From Babesia bigemina (Eukaryota), in NCBI RefSeq assembly GCF_000981445.1, contig NC_027217.1, positions 1,984,001 to 2,048,000 of the forward strand: a stretch of DNA of 64,000 nt, in the 5' to 3' direction. Positions within the stretch are counted from its first letter, which is position 1, and each line of letters starts with the position of its first letter. The notes under the pieces are model-generated. The model saw only the letters and a list, made by a program, of their open reading frames with translations, had not been told where the DNA came from and made no database searches. This document shows, in pieces, positions 33,701 through 45,600 of the stretch. The position numbers and the translations under genes are program-made.

Positions 33701-34605
33701 ATTTCACGCTACAGTTGTATGTGGCATTAAGGGACCTTCCTTCCGCAACTACGTTTCATCGAAAAGATTCAGGCAGTCGTTGTCTGACAAAATGCATATA
33801 ACTCAATCTACAGATATCTAGGTCCGACGCATCATGTACATCATCTCGACTTAACGTGCCCATTGTAGACACGGCTAGGTGATGCCAGTCTGAAATGCCA
33901 ATGCTCCAGCGCACCAGTTTCGAGGAAAACACGGTGATACTCCACATTACAGCTAATTCTTCATCATTCTACGTGAATAGCGTTGTGTCTAAACTCCCGT
34001 GCCATCGCAACAGCCTCAGTTATCGGAATCTCAGGGGCACTTCCGGTTCTGCGCCGCTGGAATCCGGAATACAGGACCACCGCTGCTGACGAACCCTAAT
34101 CATTATGCCTCATTAAATATTCTACATACGGCAACAGAGTGTGTTAAGTACCCGTTCCTATGTGTAGATATCCAACCTCGTGTCTACATCTCCCGACAGC
34201 ACATGGTGGCACACACCCTATTTCAGTGGCGTCAAAACATCCTTCCGCGTCTGCGGTATCGCGGATTCGCTGTTGGAATTGGCAATTACAGCTGCCGGGT
34301 TGCCATTAGGACTCCGTAGGTTGCCCTTGGTCCCGGCAATTTGCGGTCGGTGGGACACCTTGCCCTTCCTTCTTTTCGGGCTTTGTACTGGTCCAACGAA
34401 ACGCGTTGTTGTCTAACGGTTACACCACTGTAGACACGTTCAGAGGTCTATAAATTACGATTTGACGACCACGTGTGTAATACCTGATCCAGTAATTCGG
34501 CGTAAGTTGAATAACTGGATTTCCTACGTAGTTCTCACGTCGCACATAGTACGCGACGCAGGCCTTTAACTCATATAGTGTTTTCATGGGAATCGCAAAG
34601 ACAGC

Positions 34606-36325
34606 ATGGAAGCAATGGGTGTAGGAGGTGACAGTGAACTTGGAGGAAAAGAACCTGTTGAAGGAGCTGGGAGCACTAAGGTAGACAGAATTAAAGCAGA
34701 CTACGGCATATTTGGCCAGGTGTTGTACCATGTGGTGTCGTTCACTGAGGGTTACGAGCAGCAGGTGTTGTACTTGTGCATGAGGATCTTCGAGTCAACT
34801 ATGAGCTTCACCAAGAGCCAACGGACAATGCTGATGACTGTGTCGATCATGTCGCGGTTGTGCTTCTCGTTAGTGTGGGGATTGCTGGCGGACGCGTTTG
34901 AGACTAACCTGGTGATGGCTGCTGGGTTGTTATTCATGGGCATCGCCTCAATACTGCTAAGCGCCACGTCACGCTTCTCCTCGGTAGGTTGTGAACGTTG
35001 CAATGCTAATGCGTATTCAGATCCTATTCTTACGCTTCTTACACGGTGCCGCATTTGGTTGTATTTACCCAGTGCAGCAAAAGATTATTTCGGATGAAGA
35101 TGATGAGCAGAGCGGCAACAGCAGCACGTTTACACGTATTCATGCGCTGAATTGCATCGGCCGTATGCTGTGTGCTGCAATAACCACGGAGGCTGCTCAA
35201 AACATCTTGCTGGGGTTCATCGGCTGGCGCGTGTCATACATTGTGCTGGGCTACCTGTGGATTTCGGTTGGCATCGCTATTGTATTTGCAATGCAAACTG
35301 AGAAGGTACTAACTACTCCGTATGGATCTATGGATAAATTTGTCAAACAAATATCCGGCTCATTTTCTGCGGTTTTCTCGAATTGGTCATCATTTCTGTG
35401 TATATTTACTATGTTGATCGCAGAGGCTCCGATGTGCACTCTGCCGTACATGATCACGTATCTGGAGTACCTGGGAGTATCCGACATGAAGGTTGGTATT
35501 GCGATTTTGGTCACCACGATTGGCGGCGCAGCAGGGACTGCAGCTGGAGGTATAGTTATCGAAAATATTACGAAGATGCATCCAAGGTATGGTGAGCTGA
35601 TTGCTGGCATAGTCGTAATGGGCGTGAGATTAATCGTTTGTGTCTTGTTCTTCGTGTCTCCGGCACCGGACGGACGTTTGATGTGGTACCACTACATAGA
35701 GTTTGCGGTTCTCGGTGCTACTTTGGTAACGGTTGGCGGCGTGGATAGACCCATTATGAGAAAAGTAATCCCGGACAGGTACCAGGCTAGCGCATCCGCC
35801 ATCATCCAGTGCATATCGGGTATCTCGGTCAGCGTCAGTTTCGTGGAAATATTCGCGTACGTGTCGGAGAAGCTGCATGGTTACGCCCCGTCAACACAGG
35901 CAATTGATGACATGGACGCGGCTCTAAAGGATAATAACACCGAAGCCCTGAGGAAGTCGACCATGTACATGATCGTGGTAGGATCACTGCTTAACATCGC
36001 CTGCTATGGCGCACTATTTGCCACGTATGAGGAGGATAAGAAGGAAATCAAAAAGGAAAATGTGAAGGTATGGGTGGAAAGAAAGGAAATACAAGCAGAA
36101 AAGGAAAAAAGGAAATTGAGTCCGAAGACTGAAAATGAAGTTGCAATCACAGAGGCAGATCTACAGCAAACTGTTCGGTCAGAGGGACGACCAAAGGAAG
36201 TGCCAGTGGCAGACCCAGAAGGGGAAATGCAATGGGGAGAAGAACCAAGTCGCAGAGAAAGCGATGAGGTGCCAATGACCAAAGAACAGCAACTAGAATT
36301 CATTCGCAAAGGTGGTAAAGACTGA
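34606..36325 (+). CDS. Major facilitator superfamily transporter (2 exons)
   Basis: Exons 34606-34983 and 35021-36325 (37-nt intron gtaggt...ttcag); WGLLADAFE motif A-like, LRFLHG motif B, GWRVSY, about 12 hydrophobic segments. Confidence 0.92.
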
Positions 36326-37640
36326 TTAATTTTCCAGCTAACGCATGCGATGAGCATCTGAGACCTTGGTACATCACTGCTCAACAATGCTGATAACACG
36401 GATTACAAGGCGTTGATTGAATTGTCGTCTTGTCAAATTCTTTTGATGTCTCTCTTTGGATGGAGGCATGCAGAAAGGATGCCACAATCGACGGATCTGT
36501 AATGATCTGCGGAAGGATTCAAATTTAGCTGACTGACGAGCATTCGCTAGTTTATAATTTATAAATGAAGTTGCACTTCATATACCGTTTCAGAGGGTAA
36601 AAAAGGCCAACTGATCCGTCATTGCAACACCAAAACGGAGACGCCCATCAAAGACGCTGCTGTGCGAGTATCTTCTCCAACGTTTATGTGGATGTAATTA
36701 CTTCACAGATGGCATTGCGCAACTATACTATCATCGTGCAGTGCAAGGGCGTGACGCCACATTCATCGGGCCAGTCCCGGAGCGCCTCGTCACATGCCCA
36801 TCCGTAGCAGGCGCTCAAAGTGTTGGAGCAAAGCTTCTACTAGCGCCGGTGAGTTTCAGGATGTCGGTTGCTTAATGTTGTTGCAGGCTTGTATGTCACG
36901 TCGGTTTCGGTTGAAATCCTGACTGACGCATATGGCGACCGTGTTTCATAACACCCGTCTTCACGTGGATACCTGGTCGACATTGTTCATAGGTTATTGA
37001 CGTCACTTGAGCGTTGCGAGATTAGGCGAAGAATCTGTCTGTTACGCCCAAATGTATTTTGTATACTACACGATACTTGCTAGGGCCGGATGTCCGCGTC
37101 TCGATGAAACGCAGTGACACAAGACCTATATGTTTTAATTGTAGCTGTAAATGTAGTTGTACACTGTGAATGCTGTGATTTGTGTTTTCCGAAATAAGGA
37201 ACAGCACTGCGATGGCCACCTCATCGGTTATGCGGAGAGGAATCAATGCAAAGCCTGCCACTGCCAAGGGCGCTTGGGCATGGTCAATGGATATGTCCTC
37301 GTCTAAAACCACGGTAAAGATGGCGACTGCAAAATCCGCTATACATTATTCGTGGCGTGTATATTACCGCTGCGGGGATTTATGTCTTATCTATGTAAAT
37401 GTAGTTACCTGGAATGCTTCCTGGCAAAACGCTGGAAGCCATTCGCAAGGTGAGGCAAGCGTTTTCTTACCGCCATCCGTATTGCAACACACAGTTACGG
37501 CAGAATGCCGAGGGAATGCCGAGGAAATGGACATTGACAGTTACTCCGCCAAATGCGAGGACGTCATGTAGTATTATATTACTCGTAAAATCTTGGTATA
37601 GCGAAACTGCCATTTTAATGGAGTCAATATGTTCTTTGGT
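35816..37640. repeat. Segmental duplication copy B
   Basis: Matches 1-1830 in the same orientation. Confidence 0.95.
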
Positions 37641-38105
37641 AGATTAGCCTGTTCTATAGCGGCTGCATCTGATGACCCCTTGGCGCCATACGAAGCGGGC
37701 AACGATTGGTGATGCTGGGTACCTTGTCAAACTTGATGTTCACTTATGAGTGTTGTAGAAAGTGAGGTATAAACTATATACTGTAGTGTTTTATGCGATG
37801 TAACATATTTGGTGGCTGGCTTAGAGCTATAGTGCTCGAAATTGCGGTCGTAGATCATGCATTGTTCTGTGTCTCATTACAGATTTCAAAACTGTCAATT
37901 CCCATTATCATTACGTTCTTGGTTCCTCATCTGCATGGTATGCAGAGGTTGTGAGATCGTAGTCCACTCATGTCCAAACAATAGCCGAATGCTCGATTGC
38001 ATGTATGGAATTGGGGTATCTACGTCGTCAGTTTGATAGGATTGTTGGACGTTTATGGTAACTTATTAATGTCTTTGCAAGATCATTGTCAAGTACATTG
38101 CTGGG

Positions 38106-38288
38106 ATGACAATGGATTGGTTGCCTAAATTAGGCTACGCCTTTGCTGGACTTGTTATCTTCTTCCTTGTGGCTATCGCCTGCGCACACCTAATGATACA
38201 GACACATCCCTTCTTAAAGGACAAATTGCGCAGTATGTTCAGTGGTTTCTCAGGGTCGTCCAGTAGCTCTTACGCTGCCAACTACTAA
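38106..38288 (+). CDS. Small membrane protein, probably the last exon of a spliced gene
   Basis: Clear TM segment (LGYAFAGLVIFFLVAIACAHL); acceptor-like ctttgcaag just upstream with an open frame (IIVKYIAG); upstream exons not resolved. Confidence 0.4.
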   Translation: MTMDWLPKLGYAFAGLVIFFLVAIACAHLMIQTHPFLKDKLRSMFSGFSGSSSSSYAANY

Positions 38289-38911
38289 TTTTATGTAATG
38301 CCAGTGAGCTTACATTTTTATCAAACTGAGGCCAAATGTAAGTTATGCTCAAAATATGCCGGAATCTGTTTCTTGCAGGGATTTTAATCGTCACATCAAT
38401 TGACAACTGCCATATACCTTTACCGAAACTTGTATCGGGGTTTGGAATTAGGAACAAATTTGCTAATTATGCGAAGCTTCCCCACGGTCTCCCATATTAA
38501 GGTTTCCTTACTAGCAACCTAGCGGCTAATGTAGTTTGACCTATTCTGTGCTTGGGTTGATATGTACCCTGTCACCATGTCATGCTTCCGCTCAGAGGCT
38601 GTGGAAGCGCCGTGTTAAAATGTATGGCAGCATTCCGCAGACATTACCAGACCCTCACTCTATCGATTTCAGATAATTGCATCTAATGCATATTCCATCA
38701 CCGTGATTAGGTGACACAGCTGTTAATGTAGTTGCGTTAGGTAAGCACGATACATCATCAAGGTGGTGCGGCCACCTTTCACCAGTCATTTGGAGGATTT
38801 ATATCGCATAATAAACATGACCTACGAAGGTGATTTATGAGGCGTGTTGCATCATTGTCGAGTTTGAAAGTGTAAGGTAACATTGATTGTTAGCGGCATG
38901 ATACATTAGCT

Positions 38912-40920
38912 TCAGACGTTTTTGGCACCGAATATCCTTCTGCAGGCTTCCATCAGGACGTTTCCTGTACCAGAACCCAACACCTTCTCCATGCAGTGAT
39001 CCCGAAGGTACTCGAGCCACAGTTCGCAAAATATGTCGAACATCTCCTGTAACGCACGTGATTTTTATTCAACCGTAGACTTACCACGTTGGCCAATGAC
39101 ATAAGCTGTGCGATAACATGTTCCTCACTGCTTGCAGGTGTCATCGTCACCAAGCAGGCAAAGAGGTTCTTAAGGAACGCCTCTACCGAATCCGAGTCGA
39201 TGTGTTCCTTCTTGACAAACTTCAGCAGCTTGAGTTCTAGCACTTTTCCTGCAACCATTGCTGCGAAAAACCTTCCTATATGCGCGCACTTCCTCGGTTT
39301 CTTCTCGTGCAAGTGTTCTATGACAGAGATGAGGGTGCAAACACAGGCCCTGGTGAATCTTTTTCCCGTCGCCGCCGGCAGCCTGGCCAGATTCTTGCTG
39401 ACTTCCGTGTAGTACTCGTTGTACAGCTTTTCACTCATCAACGAGTGCACTACCGTGTAGACAACCTCAGTATATTGCGCCGGTTTGATCCCCAGTTCCA
39501 TGATCCTTTCTACGGCGTGCTGGGGGCTTATTGCACCCATGATGGCGACGAAGGTCGACTTCTGGCAGTTCGAATACAATCTGCGTCATGTTAATATCAC
39601 ATATATGCGCTTACCGTAACGCTGCCGCCTTTTGTAGGAGTGATTCCGTGGAATTGGCGCCATCCATCTTTGTGGACTTCACGGCCATCAGTGATGCGGT
39701 GTCGAGTTTGTGTAGTATCGCATGCGATGGCAAGGCAGCTTCATCAGATTCCTTCGTGTATTTAAGGAGTGTCTGAAGGTTGATTTGTGGGTTTGTTGTT
39801 CCAGCCCGGTGTCGGAACTCTCCCTTAATTATGTTCCTGGAGCGACATTGATGCAGCATGCGTTGTTCTTACTTGAGGTAATCAAAGGTTTCGAGTGGCT
39901 TCTTCTCCTTCGATAGTTTGAAAGACTCAATCTCTTGCTCGAAAAAGCGCAGCCTACCTGCAATACGTTATAGGGGAAATGTCTTCCCACTAAAGTCACG
40001 TACTTTGTGTGATATCGCCGTGTGTTTCCTTGTATTTATCAAGCAACTTTTTGAGGTGCCCAATGACATTGTGGAACGATGAGGGATTTTCAACTTTCAT
40101 TTTGTGACCTGAGTACGGATATCACGATAGAATTGTAAACTGTTACCTGTGTATCGAAGTAGTACCATGAGGATTTGAGCGACATGCTCTGTGATGTTCT
40201 CCCTAGATATGTTTTTGATAAGAAAGAATATGATGTCCAGATCCAACATGTCCAAGTGCGATATTACAGCGAATGACATAACGCTGTTTCTTGTCACCAG
40301 CTTAGCGTAGGAAAGCTCCTTCCCGTCGTGGTTTTCAAACAGCACCGGCAAAGCCGCCTCCAGGGTTTTGAGCAGTTTGTGGCAGTAGACGTATCCAACG
40401 TTTATTCCAACGGTGTTGCACAACGCACATATGAGCGCCGTGTGCATGGCAACCAGGCTGATCACACTGCTTTCATTCTCGATCACCATTTTGACGGTGC
40501 ACTCACACAAGTCGTCTATGAGTTCATCCACCGCCAGCAGCAGGCGCTCTTTCCCACCGTCATTAGACGCTGAGGATAACATCTGGTTATAGAGTTTGAT
40601 TATTTCTTTTACAACAATCGTGAAGTTTCCTTCTGATATCCGGTTGAGAAATCCCCTCTGTTTTTTCTTCATGTCTTCCACTAATGTACCATCAATCGGC
40701 ACCGTTTTAGCTTGCTTTTTACGCGTTTCTTCCTTTGCTTTGGATTTCCCTGCACGCATATATACAGTCACATGGGAGCTCTTACCCTTAATGATTTTTG
40801 GAGGCAAGTCAAATCTTACTCTCTTGTTAATCTTTACGTCTTCTTCACTTTCTTCATCTTCCTCGTCTTTCTCATCTTCATCCAAATCTTCACTTTCCTC
40901 CTCCTCATCATCGACATCAC

Positions 40921-40967
<47 letters not shown>

Positions 40968-41710
40968 TCCTCCTCCTCGTCATCATCATCCTCCTCCTCG
41001 TCATCATCATCCTCCTCCTCGTCATCATCATCCACATCTTCATCATCATCCAGATCCTCCTCCTCCTCCTCCTCCTCATCATCATCATCATCCAGATCCT
41101 CCTCCTCCTCCTCCTCCTCCTCCTCATCATCATCATCATCTTCAATGTCTTCATCTTCATCCCGGCTTTGTGATTTACCGGAGCCCGTTTTCTTCTGAGC
41201 CTTACTTACGGCAGAGCTTCCTTTGGCCTTTTTACCCTTTTCGGCCATGTTGCTCAGCTCTGAGAGGAAGTCAAGGAATTCTTCGTCGAATCCGTCATTG
41301 ACAAATTCGTTTTTGAGCGATTGGAACAAATCACCCGACTTGGCAGAGCTCTTCCTATTCTTCCTGAGTTTCCGCTCTAGGTATTCGATCTCGAGCTCGT
41401 CATACGACTTTTCCTCTGGGTGGTTGGTGGGTGGTATGACTTCGTTCTTGTGGCTCATCTTGCGTTTTTGCGATTTCACGTTTTCTTCTTGATGCGATGC
41501 TGTCTCTTGATGAGTTGACTTGCTGCTCCGCCGTTGCTTCCATTGTATCATGTTTTGGTGGTGCCTCTGCTTGTCTGCCTTGCGTTGCGCTTTGCGCAAT
41601 GACTTCCTCGATTTTTCTGCGCCATGTTAAACCACCCATGAGAGCTTACGTTTTTGAGTTTTGAAACGGGGGTCATCGGTGGGATCGCCCTTCCTACTTC
41701 GAGCCGCCAT
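38912..41710 (-). CDS. Nucleolar MIF4G/MA3 domain protein, NOM1/Sgd1-like (multi-exon)
   Basis: Exon 1 41710-41650, 33-nt intron, then KSRKSLRKAQRK, EIEYLERKL, acidic tract, RGFLNRISEGN (MIF4G), and STFVAIMGA...SEKLYNEYY (MA3); last exon ends GAKNV-TGA at 38912. Confidence 0.88.
40840..41160. repeat. Compound (GAT)n/(GAG)n trinucleotide repeat encoding poly-Asp/Glu
   Basis: Runs of tca and tcc triplets on the + strand inside the NOM1-like exon. Confidence 0.95.
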
Positions 41711-42674
41711 GTTCGCGTGCCACCTTAGTATGAAACGAACGAATATTCCGTATCGAAGGCTCTACGCGTCTGCCGTCCTTCTCAACACCCTGGAATGAAG
41801 GTTCCACCTTCCTTCTATAGGCAGTCCTCAAAGTTTAAAAATGGCATACTTGTGCGGTATATCATTATACTAATACGACTCCCGCAACGCGGCTGCAACA
41901 GATACGACGATCGCCCTAGATGGGATGCTATAGCAGCGTATCAGGGCTCGCCACCGGTTGCCGAGGCTGTGATGGACGGAATCACTAACATCGGAATATT
42001 CCTTATCTCATTTATGGTGCGACATTTGTGATGTGTGACTATTTTTCGACAGGATTGCAGTTCACCCGTGACCGCGGTAGAACAATGCCTGCTTAAGTTG
42101 CGACCGATGATGCACACATGGACTTCCATACGCTAAATAACACTAATTCCACTATTTCCGTGTCGATGAGTGATCGAGATTAGTTGTTAAAGCCGTTGGA
42201 CGGTAGTAATGATATTTGGACACACTAGCTTTGAAAAAAAAGTACCATAGGACGCATCAATTTCAGCCATTGCAACGCGTGCTGTAAACATATTCCACAT
42301 TTAATTAATAGGCGCAACTGATACCATGCTGAGCTGGATGCGTAGCACGTCAGACACCGAATGGAGGGGCGCCTCTTCCCCCATGGAATCCTGTGTAAAG
42401 CAGTGTCGCGCGGTAGAACGCGTCGTCTTCTCGCCTAGCATTCACCACAAGTCCAACGTAAGTTAAATTGCATGAGTTAAGTTTGGCAGCAACAGGAATA
42501 TTGCTGTTACCATTACACATAGTTTGTCTTTTCGGCTCCCAGTGATGGGCTCTCGCGCTGCTCGTCTGCACAGGTACGTGAAGCAGATGGCGGCTGCACG
42601 GCCCATGGATTGCGCATTCGTCTGCACGATTGCGCCGACCGGAAGGTACTGATCGTCTGAAGGCGTTGGATTCC

Positions 42675-45600
42675 ATGGAATCTGGCAGCAGCAGCCGTTT
42701 AAAATCGCAATTTGAGGATGGAGTGACCGTCATACCAGCCCGCAGCACTGACAATACACTGACAGTTGGCAGAACCACAAGAAGATCGGCCTTATTGCCC
42801 TTTCTCTTCTGTTGGCTCTGTCTCGGTGTGTCGGTGTCTACAGTCAGGTGCTTGGGAACACATAATGGTATTCACCCATCCCCTCGAAGCATTTTCAACA
42901 CATCGCCGTCGAACCAGCTGAGCAGAGACCTTTCGTGCACCTTTACGACGGCCAACGCGCCTGCTGGATATGCACGCAACTCAGGGATTATGCAAGGACC
43001 ACTTCCGCGGCTGCCGCGCCAGAGGGCGTTGGCGACGCTGCTGGGACTCGCTGGCGGCATGCACGATCGATCAACATCAGCGGCACGCGGAGCAGGCCTA
43101 AAAGGAAAAACAGCGCTGCGTGCCATAAGCAGCCACGTGGCCCCAGCTTTCATGTGCGGCAGCCCTGCTGGTGGTGGTTCGTCAGATTCAGTTGTAAAAG
43201 GCGTCATACCCAACGGCCATGGTGTATCCGGTGACATTCTAGGCGCCGGGAAGATATCGCAACTCAATGAAGTCGAGGCAGCGTGTGCCCGCGGGGTCGG
43301 GCCGTGGTCGAGCCTGTTCGCTTACGGCGCCGACTACGGCTACACGCGGAGTGACTACGATGGCAGCGCGTACGGTTCGCGCGGCGTTCAGACGATGCCC
43401 GAGCCGAGCGAATACACGACCTTCGTGTCGCACCACTATCGCATCTTAACGGGCGACATTGTGGAGTACCTGCGTCGTAAGCGCATGGAGTACGTCGAGA
43501 GCCCGATCAAGCTGACGCTCAAATTTTGCCCGTTCTGCCCGCCTCACAAATACAAGAGCGACAACCTGTACAAGCACGAAATCTTCAAGAACTCGGGCAA
43601 CTCCTACTGCCATCGTTGCGGCTACAAGGGCAGCCTCTACGACTTCAAGGCGGCCATGGGCGACCTTCCCGGCGGGATGATCGAGGAGGCGATGAACCCG
43701 TCGTTCAGCGGCAACCCGTTCAGCCTGCCCATGGTCTCCGAGCCCGCCGTGACGCTGACCAACATCGCCCAGTACGAGCACAACCTCTTCCACGGCGAGC
43801 GGTACAAACCTGTGCTGGACTACCTGACGGAGACCCGCGGGATTTCCATCGAGACCCTGAAGCGCTACCGCGTGGGCGCAGGCGAGTTCAGTTTCAGTCT
43901 CGGCGTTGGCAAGGGCGAGAGCGAGCTCTGCGTCGTGTTCCCCTGGCTGATGGGGAAGGCCAGCAGCGGCAACTCCGAGCTGGTTGTTAACCGCATAAAG
44001 GTGCGCTCCATTCAAGACAAATCACGCATGAAACTGGTGCCGCGCGGCGGCGGCTGGGGCATGTTCGGCGAGCACCTGCTGGCGTCCGAGCTGGCCAAGT
44101 CGGGCGAAGGCCCGTCCTCCGTGGTGCTAACCGAGGGCGAATTCGACGCGATGGTTGTGAACCAAACAACCGGTCGCGTGGCAGTGTCGCTACCCAACGG
44201 CTCTAATTCGCTGCCGGTTGCACTGTTGCCTCGGCTGGAGAAGGTCGACCAGATCTACCTCTGGATGGACTTCGACGCTGCCGGCCAGGGTAGCGTGGAC
44301 CACTTCGCCAGCAAGCTGGGCATCCAGCGCACGCGGGTGATCCGCGATGTGTTCGAGCTTCCGAGGGACAGCAACGCCAGTCGCCCGCCCAAAGACGCCA
44401 ACGAGATATTCCTGCGCGGCCTCAGCGTGCAGAGCTACGTGGACGCTGCAGCGCCCATGTCCCACTCCCAGATTTTGAACTTCAACGACATCCGCCAGAA
44501 CGTCTTCGAGGAGCTCTCCAACCCCTGCGCGACGTCCGGGATAACCTCCATCACGCTGCCCGGGTTGTCCCAGCTGCTGAAGGGCCACCGGCGTGGCGAG
44601 CTGACCGTGTGGACTGGCGCCACTGGCTCCGGCAAGACCACCATCCTGTCGCAGCTTTCGCTGGACTACTGCATGCAGGGCGTGAGCACGCTTTGGGGTT
44701 CGTTCGAGATAAACAATGTGCGTTTGGCGAAGACGATGTTGCGGCAGTTCAGCGGCCGCAACCTCGAGACGTCCCTGGAGGATTTCAACTACTACGCCGA
44801 CAAGTTCTCCGAGCTGCCGCTGCGGTTCATGAAGTTCCACGGGTCAACTTCCATCGACCAGGTCATCGACGCCATGGACTACGCGGTGTACGTGCATGAC
44901 GTGCGCCACATCATCATCGACAACCTGCAGTTCATGTTGAGTGGCCAGAACTCGCGCGTCGGTGAGATTTGGGAGATCCAGAACAAGGCCATAGAGAAGT
45001 TCCGGCGCTTCGCGACGAACAAAAACGTGCACGTTTCGCTGGTGGTGCACCCGCGCAAGGAGGCCGACGGCACCGCCCTGGGAATGTCGAGCGTCTTCGG
45101 GTCGGTGAAATCCACCCAGGAGGCGGACAACGTGCTGATTTTGCAGAACGTCGTGGGCGAGAACCGTTGCATTGATGTGAAGAAGAACCGGTTTGCTGGT
45201 AACCTTGGCCGCGTAACCTTCCGATTCGACCCCTTGAGTCTAACCGCCGAGGAGCTGAAGGTCACCGAGTTCGTTTTGGAGGCGTCAAAGAACACCCAAA
45301 CGGAGGTCAAACCGTCCGCGAAGGCATTCGACAAGCTGCGCCCTCCCGAACCCAAGCGTTCCGCTGCCAAGGTGGCGGTTACCATCGATCGCTCTACGCA
45401 TCCGCTGGCCTACGCCAGCACGTCTCCCGCATTCACCGGATCGCAGCTTGTCGCTGGCAATGTTGGACACTCAACGGCTCGTCCGATGTCCACGTACCGT
45501 CTGAACAGCGTGATGCACGACGAGCGCAACCAGACGGGCTTCGTTCACGATTCTGACCTCGAGGAAAACCAGAACCCAGGCTGCTTCGCACTGGGAGATC

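Noticed and set aside
34092..34099. AACCCTAA telomere-like motif
   Set aside because: A single 8-mer is expected by chance in 64 kb.
40596..41198. Poly-Ser, poly-Ile and poly-Met ORFs
   Set aside because: Alternative frames of the poly-Asp/Glu trinucleotide tract.
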